Source: an uncultured virus (IMG/VR IMGVR_UViG_3300005675_000019)
Lineage: Duplodnaviria; Heunggongvirae; Uroviricota; Caudoviricetes
Length of the DNA stretch: 64,000 nucleotides
Direction: 5' to 3' (one strand)
IMG/VR virus record: IMGVR_UViG_3300005675_000019
The stretch's first letter is position 1. Each line of letters begins with the position of its first letter. This document shows positions 19,859-30,752 of the stretch, piece by piece. The position numbers and the translations under genes were made by a program. The notes beneath the pieces were generated by a model. It had not been told where the DNA came from. It did no database searches and was given only the letters and a program-made list of their open reading frames with translations.

Positions 19859-20478
19859 CATGAAGAAACAAACATGGACGCCCATGTCATGTAAGCGGGT
19901 GGATGGGTCAGGCTACTTCCTCTGGAGCAGGGAAGCTGGCCGTGGCCTGATCTACCAGCTTACAATAGAACCAACAGCACCGCCTGATGACATGGGTGGC
20001 CACTACAAACTCGACAAACTTCTCGCCCTGAAAGGACTCTGACATGTTCCCAACCAAACCAGCAATGACCCGCAACGAGCAGGAGCAGTTCGTGGTCGAT
20101 ATGTTATTCGCAGTGGCGAAGGACATAGTGGTGAAGTTCGACTCCGGCGCTATCCCTGAGCACTGGGACGGGGTCCAGCTCCGGCAGTACATCACTGACA
20201 AGGTTAAGGAACGGTGTGATGCTGGGCGATTCATGACGCCGAAGGACTACTCCGACTACCTCAACACCGTGTACCACATGAACAACAACCTTTAAGGAGC
20301 CAACCATGATTGAACCCCACCGAGTCGACGGCTACTGCGTGTACGCACCCTACCGGGTCGCCATTGATGGCGTCCTGGTCCGGGACAAGAAGGGCAACCC
20401 CCGCAAGTTCGCATCCATGATGGACGCCCTGGAGTGGGGCCAGCGCCACCTCCAGAAGAAGGGGCGGGGGGAGCACAA

Positions 20479-20781
20479 GTGAGTGATTGGGACCCGCAGA
20501 ACATCTGGGAGGGGCTGCATAAGGACAGCCCCTTCATCCGGCCAGCGGAGGTAGTCAGCGCCCGGCTGCACAGCACGGCCCACCCGGACGACGGGCGCAT
20601 GCCACCCCCGGACCCGAGCATCGTGCCTGCCACGCACGTGCTCTACGACGACCAGCGGCAGCACTGGTATGTCAAGTTCAGGAACCCTCGGGGCAGTCTG
20701 AAGCGGTTCCACGTCAAGACCGGTTTCTACACCCAGGCCGAGGCCATAGCCTACCGTGACACTGTGAAGCCATCGGCGTAA
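20479..20781 (+). CDS. Protein with AP2/arm-type DNA-binding-like domain
   Basis: VLYDDQRQHWYVKF...GFYTQAEAIAYRD. Confidence 0.45.
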   Translation: MSDWDPQNIWEGLHKDSPFIRPAEVVSARLHSTAHPDDGRMPPPDPSIVPATHVLYDDQRQHWYVKFRNPRGSLKRFHVKTGFYTQAEAIAYRDTVKPSA

Positions 20782-22834
20782 AATGAGCGCAGTAGACCAG
20801 ACAGTTAATGATCTTATGTCCAGTATACGAAACCACTTGGGCTCCGTTATCTGGTCTAAGCGTGGGGCAGTTGTAGAGGGCAAAGATGAGTGCATCCATG
20901 TAGCTATACCTACAGATAATCTGTGGATAGTATTACTCAAAAATAATGAGTTTGACCTGACCGCTTCACATCCATCTGGGGCATCGTGGACTGGTACAGC
21001 ATACCCTAGCTGTGTGTCTCACAGTGGGTGCTCGTGGGCCATGGTAGCCTGGGTACAGAAACTACTTTTTATAGGACAGAAATGAGTAAGACACTCGTTA
21101 TACTCCGTCACAACCCACTCACCAACCACTTCTACGTCCATTCTGATGGGCAGATGGACTGGACATCCACGAGCCATACGGAAGCGGACCATGAAGTGAC
21201 CCGCATCCTGTCTCGTGGGAAGTCAGCGCATGATGCCTGGGTCTCCCGGAAATTCAAGAACACCCGCCAGGCCCGGAAGTACTGCCTGCTGCGCGGTGAG
21301 GGCGCGGACCACGAGTTCGCCCTGACGGAGTCCACAAGGTGAAGTGGGCATCCAGGTCAATGTCGGAGGCCCTGGAACGCCCGACTGGCGGTGGCTGCAC
21401 GGCCCCCAGTTCGACCGCACGGAGTGCGTGAGCCGGGAGCATGCCCAGACCCTGAAGGACTTGTGGTATCCGGGCGCGAAGAAGAACTTGTTCAGAGTTG
21501 AACAGATTGATGAGGGAGCATGACTGACATCCTCCGAGCCACCACAGAAGGCTACCTCGCTGGCCTGGCTGTGGGAAAGGCAGAAGCTGCCAAGTACCGG
21601 CGCGGCAACACGCTGCTGATCATGTCCTTGATGGACATGGTGATCCAGTTCTTCCACACCCGGCCAGATGACACGCTCTCGCACAGTTTCATGAGCGCAG
21701 AGGAGAACGCAATCGAGACCCTTATCAAGGCCGGTTTTGCAGAGGAGCTTGAGGGTTGCACCTATCGTCTCCTCTGGGACAAGTTAGAAGAAAGGATACA
21801 AAGTGAAATATGAACACATCCCCAAGCACAAGTGCCTGAACAGAGGCCCTGACCTACCCATGCTGTTGGCCCTGCACCCGGTCTACAAGGACCTGAGCCG
21901 GATGTCAGCACCGCTGGTTGGCATCGAGGCCTTCACCAGCACGTACCTGCGAACGCTGACGGAGTTGTTGCCGTGAGCGGCAGCTCTATCGACACCCGCC
22001 ACCTGCGGGGCATGCAGCTCGGAGGGATGAACATTGTTGTCAGCTCCTGGCTTTCTCCGATCCCGGCTGTGTCCCTCAGTCATGACTTCACGGCAGCCTC
22101 GGACGAGTGCATTGCTGATATGAATGCTTGGTTGCTGGAGCAGTTCGGTACTAGAGAGCAAGTCTTTAGACTGGCTGACAACACACTGGTAGTGAGCCAT
22201 AAGACGTATCAACTTTTGAAGGATATGGTATGACGGCTTCGCTTTTACATGTCATGTTGAAGCAACACTACATCTAGGAGATCACATGAGACTGAGAGCA
22301 CATATTCACCGGAGCAACGGTAAGTGGTGGTGCTTCTGGGGCTACTTTGTTGGCCTTGGTCACACACCTGAACAAGCATGGGCCGACTGCAACAAGCATC
22401 GGTCCAAATTCAATGTGTCGATGGGGGTTAAGACATGACCCAGAAGCAACCAAGCATCAACTGCATTGCAATCTGTGGTGTCCGGTGCAAACACAACGCA
22501 GCCCCGAGACAACTTCTGTCACTGCCCTACTGCATCCTTCTTGTCCCGAGCAAGGACATGAGGGTTCCAAAAGGCTGCGCCCTACAAGTGGAGCACCCCC
22601 GCCAGATGACACCAGTAACCCCGCCTCCACCACCTCCACGTACCACTAACTGGGGCCGATGATTATGGCTACTTTGTATGGCAGTGATTACTACGGCAAC
22701 TCCAGAGCATTGCAAGAAGCCAAGCGACAAGTACGGGCTAAGTTCCCTCAACTTCCAGAGGGCAGCAGCGGCTGGTACCGAGCAGTGGAGAACAGGCGTA
22801 AGCGACTTTTATCAACAGGTACTTAGGAGATAGT

Positions 22835-23059
22835 ATGCCTTACCAACACCAACAGGACGTGACATCGTCCAACATCGCCAAGGCTGGCTATAGCGACACG
22901 CTCTACCTGCTGTTCAATAGTGGTGTTGCCTACAAGTATGAGAACGTACCCAAGGCACAGTACCTGGCCCTCATCAAAGCCGACTCAGTCGGCTCTTATT
23001 TTCACAAGAACATTCGTGGTGTCTACCCCCACGAGAAGCTGGAGGTACACCAGTTCTAA
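22835..23059 (+). CDS. KTSC domain protein
   Basis: VTSSNI..AGY...LYLLFNSG..YKY.NVP...L..ADSVGSYFHKNIR. Confidence 0.85.
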   Translation: MPYQHQQDVTSSNIAKAGYSDTLYLLFNSGVAYKYENVPKAQYLALIKADSVGSYFHKNIRGVYPHEKLEVHQF

Positions 23060-23874
23060 GTAGTGACGTGGCTACAATCCCGTCGCTACCTGTTTAATCT
23101 TTGGAAGAAACCATGCAAATTACCATATCAAAGAATTATAAGGACGATACTTGGGCACTGCGCCCAACCAGTGGCATGTTTGAAGGTGTACTGATAGCCA
23201 CGGCTGAGAGACTCAGCCTCAAGCAGGTCGCTTTTCAAGGTAAGACCATGGTCGGAGTCGTCAAGGCCCTGTGGGGCGTGACCGTGCTCTGTGAGGGTAT
23301 TTACGACGATGTCCCAACCATTCATGCGTTGGGACTACGAGGAGTCTTTGATCAGTCTCTAGGTGAGAGGCTGGTCCTGGACTACGATGGCTACATCAGG
23401 AGTAGCCGAACCAAGGCATTGGCAGCGCAGCGTGTCGTTGTGATCGGCGATGCCGTTTATGCGAAGGGTGTCGAATGATCTGTGAACTTGCCTACTACGA
23501 ACTCCCAACCCACAACGTCACCCTGGACCACGTCCAGGGCATCTTCTGCTTCGACCAGCAGAAGTGGAACCTCTTCGGCCTGGTCGAGCCCCGCATCGAC
23601 ACCGAGGGCATTGAGGCGGCCCGGGCACACCCCATCGCCCACTCCATCAACTCAGGCATGTTCATCGAGCTGCGACAGTCCTTGCTGCTGCCCCCGGCCC
23701 AGTTCCTGGACCAGTGGGAGGAGTGGGCGTGGCATGTCGATGGCGAGTGGCCGAGCGGCTACCGGGCGGTGCTCAAGCACCGGGCACATCAGGTCCAGCG
23801 CAAGTTGCTGGGCGTGACCGAGGTGGGGAACGTGATCACGGTGGATTTCAGGAGGAGTGCATGAAGTGGGTCAG

Positions 23875-25335
23875 ATGACCCCTACGACCCCCTATGACCT
23901 AGTCCTCAGCCACTACGACTTCCCATTCCCCCTCTACCCCTTCCAGGTAGAGGCGGTGAATGACCTGGCCCCAAGGAAAAGGTCGGGGCTGTACCTGCAT
24001 CCAGGCCTGGGCAAGACGGCAGTCAGCACCATCTGCGCCCTTTACAAGATGATCATGGGCGAGGTCCAGGGCACGCTCGGGATCATGCCCCCTCTCCTAG
24101 TTGCACAGTGGGCGAGGTGGTTGTCCAGGGTCAAGCACAAGGATGGGAGGCCGCTGCGGGTGACCAAGTACCAGGGCTCTCCAGCACAGCGGAAAGACCT
24201 GGACCTGGACGTCGACTTCCTGTTGATGGGGGTGCAGATTTTCAAGCGGGACTTTTGCAGCCGGAAGAAGAACGTCCACGGCCACTACGACTTCATAACG
24301 ACCAAGCCTCTGCCTGGGAAGAAATGGCACATCCTCATGGACGAGGCCCAGGCCATCAAGAGTGTCGAGTCCGCTATCTACCACCATTACAGTGGGCTTG
24401 TCGAGGACGAGTCACACCAGTTGCTTACCGGCACCCCACTTAACGTACCGGAGGATGCTTATGCGTACATCAACTTAATTACACCGGGTCTGTACCGCAC
24501 CCTGCTTGACTTCGAGCAGACCCACATCTGGGCCAAGGGCGCTTTCGACAAGGCGGTGGAGTATGTCAATCTGGACACGCTCACCAGCAACCTGCTGTTC
24601 AACTCCTTCCTGAGAACCAAGGAGGACGTGCTCCCGGACCTGCCCGAGTGCATCATCTCGGACATTGAGTACGAGCTGGACAGCCCGCACATGGCCCTGT
24701 ACCGGAAGATGGCAACGCACAAGCTGCTGGAATGGAAGGAGGAGCAGAAGCTGGACCTGACCCAGGCCACGGCGCTGTACCACGCCCTGGGACAGATCGT
24801 CTGCCAGTGGCACTACTTCGGGCAGGACGAGACCCTGAAGTCGAAGGTCTACTCCTTGATCGAGGAGGTGTTGGAGGAACTGGGCGACAAGAAGCTGATC
24901 ATCTTCTCGAACTACCAGCGGACCAACGAGGAGATTGTGAGACGCTTCAAGTGCCCCGGTATCTGGGGGCAGGTATCACCCGGCCAGAAGCAGAGGAACC
25001 TCAACAAGTTCCTGGACGACCCCAAGTGCCGGATACTGGCAGCTAACCCACTGGCGGCAGGGCAAGGCGTGGACGGGTGCCAGCACGTCTGTCAGGACGT
25101 GCTCTACACCGAGCCACCCATCACCCCCTCGCACTGGGTCCAGAGCCTCTCACGAGTCCATCGGGAGGGGCAGCGGAATGCCGTGACCGTGCGCATGGCA
25201 GTGGCCAAGGGCACCCTGCAGCGGCACCTTGTCAATCAACTGGCCGACAAGGAGGCACTGATCATGCCCGTGCAGAAAGCGATCCCTTACCTGACGGTGA
25301 GTGAGATTCGGAAGATTGTTTTTGGAGAGGAGTGA
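23875..25335 (+). CDS. SNF2-family (SF2) helicase
   Basis: PGLGKT Walker A; DEAQ; LLTGTP; QSLSRVHREGQ motif VI. Confidence 0.9.
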   Translation: MTPTTPYDLVLSHYDFPFPLYPFQVEAVNDLAPRKRSGLYLHPGLGKTAVSTICALYKMIMGEVQGTLGIMPPLLVAQWARWLSRVKHKDGRPLRVTKYQGSPAQRKDLDLDVDFLLMGVQIFKRDFCSRKKNVHGHYDFITTKPLPGKKWHILMDEAQAIKSVESAIYHHYSGLVEDESHQLLTGTPLNVPEDAYAYINLITPGLYRTLLDFEQTHIWAKGAFDKAVEYVNLDTLTSNLLFNSFLRTKEDVLPDLPECIISDIEYELDSPHMALYRKMATHKLLEWKEEQKLDLTQATALYHALGQIVCQWHYFGQDETLKSKVYSLIEEVLEELGDKKLIIFSNYQRTNEEIVRRFKCPGIWGQVSPGQKQRNLNKFLDDPKCRILAANPLAAGQGVDGCQHVCQDVLYTEPPITPSHWVQSLSRVHREGQRNAVTVRMAVAKGTLQRHLVNQLADKEALIMPVQKAIPYLTVSEIRKIVFGEE

Positions 25336-25553
25336 TATGCCTAGTAAGTTTGCCTCCAAGCAACCGAAGGGACTCAGGAAGAAGCCTGTAGAGTTTTGCT
25401 ATGCGAAGGGCTTTGCCCCTAAGAAGCGCATGGAGAAATGCTCTAACTGCGGCGATGAAAGGCCGGCGTACTACGACTACCCAGCTAAATGTCGCTGTGG
25501 TGGAACGTATCAAACGTTTGGTGTGGCTTCTCATTTTAGAAAGGATGACCAGT

Positions 25554-26066
25554 ATGGGTATTAGCGAAGTAAACTCAAAGGGTGAGTGTATCGAACTGGC
25601 CATTGATAGCCTACTGAAGTTGGAGGAGTGCTGTGTAGAGGCTGTGGCCTGGCTCGACAAAAGTAAGGCTTTCATCCCTGATGAGTCCAAGACCATGCAA
25701 GAGTTGAGGGCTGCAATGATAGAGTCCCTCCAGAGAGAGGAGGCACTGAGAGGGAACTTGGTCAAGTCTGAGGGCAGCAGAGATGAACTGAAGGCAGCTC
25801 TCGCCAAGTCAATTGAGCGGGAGACGGAGCTGGAGCGGCGGCTGGCAGCATCCATGGCACGGGAGCGAAGGCTGACCACCTATATTGGTGGCCTGTCCAA
25901 AGTGGCCTCTGAAGCAGAGTCGATTCTGGAGGATGTGAGGAACATTGGGAAACATCTACCGACTCCAACATTTGAGGACCTCATGCACATTATGGCTCAT
26001 GGCAGAGACAGCATACCACCAGCGGACTGGTACACGGAGCCTGTCAAGCCGAGACCACTGCTCTAA
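25554..26066 (+). CDS. Coiled-coil hypothetical protein
   Basis: ATG 25554 in track ORF 25401..26066; heptad-rich. Confidence 0.55.
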   Translation: MGISEVNSKGECIELAIDSLLKLEECCVEAVAWLDKSKAFIPDESKTMQELRAAMIESLQREEALRGNLVKSEGSRDELKAALAKSIERETELERRLAASMARERRLTTYIGGLSKVASEAESILEDVRNIGKHLPTPTFEDLMHIMAHGRDSIPPADWYTEPVKPRPLL

Positions 26067-26069
26067 ACC

Positions 26070-26098
26070 TTGCCACAACCAACCCAAGTGTGTAATTT
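26070..26098 (+). promoter_or_regulatory. Sigma70-like promoter
   Basis: TTGCCA-17 nt-TAATTT. Confidence 0.5.
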
Positions 26099-26158
26099 AT
26101 GTCCGTAATGCCGTTACGCCCTTGACCGAGGAAGGTCAAGGGCGTAGCCTGTCGGCTG

Positions 26159-26258
26159 CCACTTGGAGGTGGAAAATGACAAAACAGTAGAATCCCTGGT
26201 GCCGGCCTGTCCCCGGTCCTCCAACGCTCGCAAGAGTGACCAGGGATTCTACTGTTTT
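26159..26258 (+). ncRNA. C4-like antisense RNA cassette 2
   Basis: Box a TTGGAG in a CCAC/GTGG hairpin; box b GACA; perfect 20-bp stem 26181-200/26239-58 enclosing CCTGTC, CTCCAA and a GCAA-loop hairpin. Confidence 0.75.
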
Positions 26259-26267
26259 CAACTAGGA

Positions 26268-26945
26268 ATGCAGATGAATACAATAAGAAGACCGGCGATA
26301 GAGTCGGCTGGAGAACGTTTTGGCAGGTTGGTTGTGACTGCCATATTTCCAGGCAAAAAAGGGGCAGTTGCTAAGGCGAAGTGTGACTGTGGAGGGGAAT
26401 GGGAAGGGCCACTTAATTCTCTGAGGAAGAAGACCACAAAGTCGTGTGGGTGTATGGCCAGGAAAAAGACAAACAATGGTATTAAAACCCACGGTATGTC
26501 AAAGTCTCCTGAATTTAAGATATGGGCTGCTATTAAGACAAGGTGCTTTAACGAAAACACCCATTCATACAAGAATTATGGAGGAAGGGGCATAACTCTA
26601 TTCGACCCCTGGGTTAACGACTTTCAAGCCTTCTATGCCTACGTAGGTCCGAGGCCTAGCAATAATCACAGCATAGAGAGGTCTGACAATAGTGCAGGGT
26701 ATGTACCGGGTAACGTGTCTTGGCAGACTAAAAAGGTACAGGCTAACAATAATAGAAGAAATCATCTGGTAACTATAGATGGTGTGACAAAGAACATGAT
26801 GCAGTGGTGCGCACTATACAACCGAAGGTACCACACTGTATATGAGCGTATAACTAAATGTGGGTGGGATGTGAAGTCGGCTCTAACCACACCAACTGCA
26901 AGGCCGTATGTTGAGGTTGGTGCCTGTGAGGAAACTGACTCATGA
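26268..26945 (+). CDS. Freestanding HNH homing endonuclease
   Basis: GERFGRL...CDCG...SCGC...YGGRGI...HSIER.DN..GY.PGN; low GC. Confidence 0.88.
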   Translation: MQMNTIRRPAIESAGERFGRLVVTAIFPGKKGAVAKAKCDCGGEWEGPLNSLRKKTTKSCGCMARKKTNNGIKTHGMSKSPEFKIWAAIKTRCFNENTHSYKNYGGRGITLFDPWVNDFQAFYAYVGPRPSNNHSIERSDNSAGYVPGNVSWQTKKVQANNNRRNHLVTIDGVTKNMMQWCALYNRRYHTVYERITKCGWDVKSALTTPTARPYVEVGACEETDS

Positions 26946-29794
26946 CAATGTATCTCTTTTACCAGATGGAGGGGAAATCCAAATGGATTCCAGCTCTGGC
27001 CACAGAGCGGGAGAATATTGCAAAGACCTACAAACCGGCACTGATCAGTGTCCTGGACGTGGACAACTCGTTTGACACTGACCTTACAGGGGATGAGATA
27101 CGGGCGCTGAGATATTCGGGCTCTTTCTACGCTGACTTTGATGCAGAGGACATCGAGGAAGCCACCGAGCAGTTCAAGGTATTCCTCCTCAAGCTGAAAG
27201 CCATGAACGTGGACCTGGACATGCTCCGGCTCTACGCCACAGGCAAGAAGGGCTACCACATCGAGGTCCCGGCCCAGATGTTCATGGGCAAGGTACCAGT
27301 GGCCGGCGTGCTGCACCTGCCTCACATCTACCGGGAGATGGCCTACGGCCTCTTCGTAGACACGCTGGACATGAACGTGTATAGCACCAAGCGTGGCCGT
27401 CAATGGCGTTGTCCTAACGTCAAGCGGGCCGACAACGGCAAGTACAAGGTCCAGATCAGTGCTGAAGAAGCACTGACCATGACGCCCGAGACCTACGCTG
27501 GGGTCTGCAACAGCCCCCGCAACGCCCTGCCGATCGAACCACCCAGCCTCAACGCGGACCTGGGCCTGCTCTACGCCCAGTCAAGGGACAAGGTCGAGAA
27601 AGCGGTCGCCCGGAAGAAGACACGCAAGGTCGTGGACAGCCCTCTGGCACGCTTCAAGGGTGAGTGGCCAGACACCTTCGAGGGCATCCTCCACGGCGTC
27701 ACCATCAAGCCGGGCGTGGGCTGGAACCACATCTCGATGCAGCTTGCCATCGTGGCCGCCGAGCTGGGCAAGACCGAGGACCAACTGCTCAAGGATGCAG
27801 CCGGCGTCATCGAGAGCCACGAGAGCGACAGCTCCCGCTACAACAGCCCGGCCAAGCGGCGCACCGACCTGCGGGACATGTTCCGGTACTGCAACGGCAA
27901 CCCGACGATGGAGTACAGCGTTGGCGCGATCATGGCCCTGCTCATGCCCGAGGTCAGGGCCAACTCTGACATCATCTTCGGGGAGTTCCTCCCGGACGCG
28001 GTCGAGCCCGCCGCCCCGGCAGCGCCCCGCAAGGAGGGGGACCCGGAGCCAGCCCCGGCAGCGCCCGTGTCACTGGACGAGAACGGGGGTCAGCTCCGCA
28101 TCAGCAAGCAGGGCATCTTCGCCCGCTGCGACGACGGCTACCGAAACATCTGCGACCTGGGCCTGCAGAACCCACTGGCCATGGCCCAGCTTGGTGGCGA
28201 CAACCTGGGCTATGAACTCGACGTGACCCTAGATGGTAAGCCAAGAGGGAAGAAGTTCCTGCCCATGAACGCACTCGCAACCCGGTCCCAATTCAACAAC
28301 TGGGCACTACTTTTAGGAGCCTCAATGCGTGGATCTGATCAGCAAGTAAGCAGCCTCGCGGACCTGTTCCGCAAAGGCACCACCAACACGGTGTACGCCG
28401 TGGAGCGGGAGGGGATTGATGTCGTCACACCCCCCGGCGCTGACTCGGCTGACGACGAGGATGTGATCTGGGCAGCACCCGACAAGGTAACGTGCCTCCG
28501 GGAGGGGGTCAGCTACCGATACAACGGTGTCTACAATGCGGGTGGCACCTACCGATCGGACCTGATGCACGCCCCGGAAATGACCACTGAAGATGAGGAC
28601 TATATCAGCGACCTGCTCCAGATCAACACGAGCCAGAACGTGGCCAAGACCCTGGGCTGGTTCTGCGCTGCCTTCCTGACGCAACTGATCAGGCGCAAGT
28701 TCAAGAGGTTCCCCTCGCTCCAGGTCTACGGGCAGGCAGGGGCGGGCAAATCCATGACTGTGATCCTGCTGAACCACCTGCACTACCACATGGTAGAGCC
28801 ACGACAGTTCGGCGTCGCCGGCCAGACCCACTTCCCGATCATCGCCGCCGTCGCCGCCTCGGCATCGCTGCCCCTGGTCTTTGAGGAGGTCAAGCGCCGA
28901 CAGCTCCACAAGAGCATGCTCGACTTCCTACAGAATATCCTCCGGTCCAACTACACGGCTGACCACCTGTCACGGGGCAGCCTGGGCCGGGACAAGTCGG
29001 TGCGGGAGCTGACCGTGACCAACTTCACGAACAGCGCCCCGATCGCCTTTGTCGGTGAAGCTCTGGAAGACCAGAGCGCGATCCTGGAGCGCTGCGTGTG
29101 CGTGGCCATGTCCAAGACTGATCGGTCAGGTCGGGACAAGTACTTCGAGCGATGCCTCGACAGTGCCCACAAGATGGGCCGTATCGGCAAGTCCCTGGCC
29201 ATGGCAGCTCTGGCCATTGACCGGGAGTGGCTTCATTCACAGGTCATGCTCAACCTCAAGACAGTCACCGGGAAGGTGACCTCGACCATGGCGGACGACG
29301 CCGCTCGCCCGGCCTACAACCTGGCCGTGACCCTGACCGGTCTCGACTTCCTGAAAGGGACCCTGGCCCGTGTCTTTGGCACCCTCTTTGATGCCAGGCT
29401 TGATGAGCTGCGTGACAGCATCCTCGACAACGTCATGGACAGCATCCCGAGGAACCTGAGTGAAGTCAGCCGCGTCCTCGATACGATGGCCGACCTGACA
29501 CGTAACGCTGATGACACCTTCAGGATGGTCCAGAACGTGGACTATGTGGTCAAGGACACGTACATCGAACTGAAGCTGCGCAATGCCTTTGACAAGTACG
29601 TCAGGTACCAGCGCAGCCTGGGCCTGGAGGTGCTGTTTGACAGCCATAATGCCTGGCAGTCGGCACTGATCAACTACGGTGGCACCATGCAGCGGGCTGT
29701 ACCTGACAGCATCATGTGGGACTCGCCACGGGCTGTCATCTTTAAGTTGTCGTTGGCCTACCTCGATAAGGAGGGGGTCAATACTTTTGCGTGA
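26942..29794 (+). CDS. Primase-polymerase (AEP) fused to a P-loop helicase
   Basis: ADFD and TGKKGYH AEP motifs; GQAGAGKS Walker A; LVFEE Walker B. Confidence 0.82.
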   Translation: MTMYLFYQMEGKSKWIPALATERENIAKTYKPALISVLDVDNSFDTDLTGDEIRALRYSGSFYADFDAEDIEEATEQFKVFLLKLKAMNVDLDMLRLYATGKKGYHIEVPAQMFMGKVPVAGVLHLPHIYREMAYGLFVDTLDMNVYSTKRGRQWRCPNVKRADNGKYKVQISAEEALTMTPETYAGVCNSPRNALPIEPPSLNADLGLLYAQSRDKVEKAVARKKTRKVVDSPLARFKGEWPDTFEGILHGVTIKPGVGWNHISMQLAIVAAELGKTEDQLLKDAAGVIESHESDSSRYNSPAKRRTDLRDMFRYCNGNPTMEYSVGAIMALLMPEVRANSDIIFGEFLPDAVEPAAPAAPRKEGDPEPAPAAPVSLDENGGQLRISKQGIFARCDDGYRNICDLGLQNPLAMAQLGGDNLGYELDVTLDGKPRGKKFLPMNALATRSQFNNWALLLGASMRGSDQQVSSLADLFRKGTTNTVYAVEREGIDVVTPPGADSADDEDVIWAAPDKVTCLREGVSYRYNGVYNAGGTYRSDLMHAPEMTTEDEDYISDLLQINTSQNVAKTLGWFCAAFLTQLIRRKFKRFPSLQVYGQAGAGKSMTVILLNHLHYHMVEPRQFGVAGQTHFPIIAAVAASASLPLVFEEVKRRQLHKSMLDFLQNILRSNYTADHLSRGSLGRDKSVRELTVTNFTNSAPIAFVGEALEDQSAILERCVCVAMSKTDRSGRDKYFERCLDSAHKMGRIGKSLAMAALAIDREWLHSQVMLNLKTVTGKVTSTMADDAARPAYNLAVTLTGLDFLKGTLARVFGTLFDARLDELRDSILDNVMDSIPRNLSEVSRVLDTMADLTRNADDTFRMVQNVDYVVKDTYIELKLRNAFDKYVRYQRSLGLEVLFDSHNAWQSALINYGGTMQRAVPDSIMWDSPRAVIFKLSLAYLDKEGVNTFA

Positions 29795-29801
29795 TGGTTA
29801 G

Positions 29802-29880
29802 ATGCCTGCCTATCGTGCCAAGGCAGTCGGGTAAGCCACGGCTATGACACGGTCTACTGTATGCCTGCCTATCGTGCCAA
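29802..29880. repeat. Perfect 20-bp direct repeat with a 39-nt spacer
   Basis: ATGCCTGCCTATCGTGCCAA at 29802-21 and 29861-80. Confidence 0.9.
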
Positions 29881-29911
29881 TAAAGAAAGGAGTGCGCAAT
29901 GTAGATAGATG

Positions 29912-29942
29912 TTGACAACACCCCCAAGCAGTCAGCTATAAT
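29912..29942 (+). promoter_or_regulatory. Consensus sigma70 hexamers with a 19-nt spacer
   Basis: TTGACA-19 nt-TATAAT. Confidence 0.6.
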
Positions 29943-29990
29943 TCGTCTCGTACTAGAGCCGAACCACAACCACAACCTAGGGGAAATATC

Positions 29991-30704
29991 ATGGGACTCA
30001 AGAACCAACCTGAATTCGAGCAAATGGAAAACGACCACGCATTTGACACCGACGCAGAAGCCGCCGCACAAGCCAGCACCGCCATCGCCAAGGCCGCCGC
30101 CACTGGCGTATCCACCAACGTTCGCAAGTTCGAGCCGGCGTTCAAGGACAAGAACAACGTCTTCGACAACGCCACTGTTGAAGGCCTGTCCATGGCCGCG
30201 CCCCGTATCAAGGGCGAGCAGGGGTCGATGGCACTGGGTGACCAGGACCTGGGCGAAGCTATCCAGTTTGAGCTGGTGTCCTTCAACCATCGGTGGGCCA
30301 TCGGCACCGGTGAGAATGACAAGGAGGCGAAGGACTACTTCCGGGTCAGCCTCGACAACGAGACCATCAGCGGCGAAGGTACTCTGGTCACGGACTACCT
30401 CAACACGCTGCGGGCCAAGGGCTTTGCCAAGGCCAAGAAAAGTCCCTACATGGACCTGTGGGGCTTCGTGACCTGGTCGTCAAAGACAGGTGCAATCCCG
30501 GTTGACGAGCGGCAACTGGCCTGCTTGCAGTGCTCGCAGACCAGCATGGGGAACTGGACCTCCTTCTGCACCAGTCGTGGCCTGTTGGAGCAGTCAGGGC
30601 GTGTCAAACCGATCGACCTGATTGAGGTCCATGCGGTGAAGCAGTCGAACAAGAACGGTGATCGTTATACGAATTTTGCGTTTTTCGTGCCCAAGGCAAA
30701 GTAA
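29991..30704 (+). CDS. Probable ssDNA-binding or annealing protein
   Basis: Position after the primase, own promoter, highly biased codons, aromatic beta-rich sequence; function is inferred. Confidence 0.5.
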   Translation: MGLKNQPEFEQMENDHAFDTDAEAAAQASTAIAKAAATGVSTNVRKFEPAFKDKNNVFDNATVEGLSMAAPRIKGEQGSMALGDQDLGEAIQFELVSFNHRWAIGTGENDKEAKDYFRVSLDNETISGEGTLVTDYLNTLRAKGFAKAKKSPYMDLWGFVTWSSKTGAIPVDERQLACLQCSQTSMGNWTSFCTSRGLLEQSGRVKPIDLIEVHAVKQSNKNGDRYTNFAFFVPKAK

Positions 30705-30752
30705 GACGGCCAGCCCCGACCCACTGAGGTCGGGGCCGCCTCAAGAATTTCT

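Noticed and set aside
29802..29880. CRISPR array
   Set aside because: Only two 20-bp repeats and no cas genes; kept as an unexplained direct repeat.
29807..29880. Sigma54 promoters on the minus strand (TTGGCACG)
   Set aside because: The -24 box matches but there is no TTGC at the -12 position.
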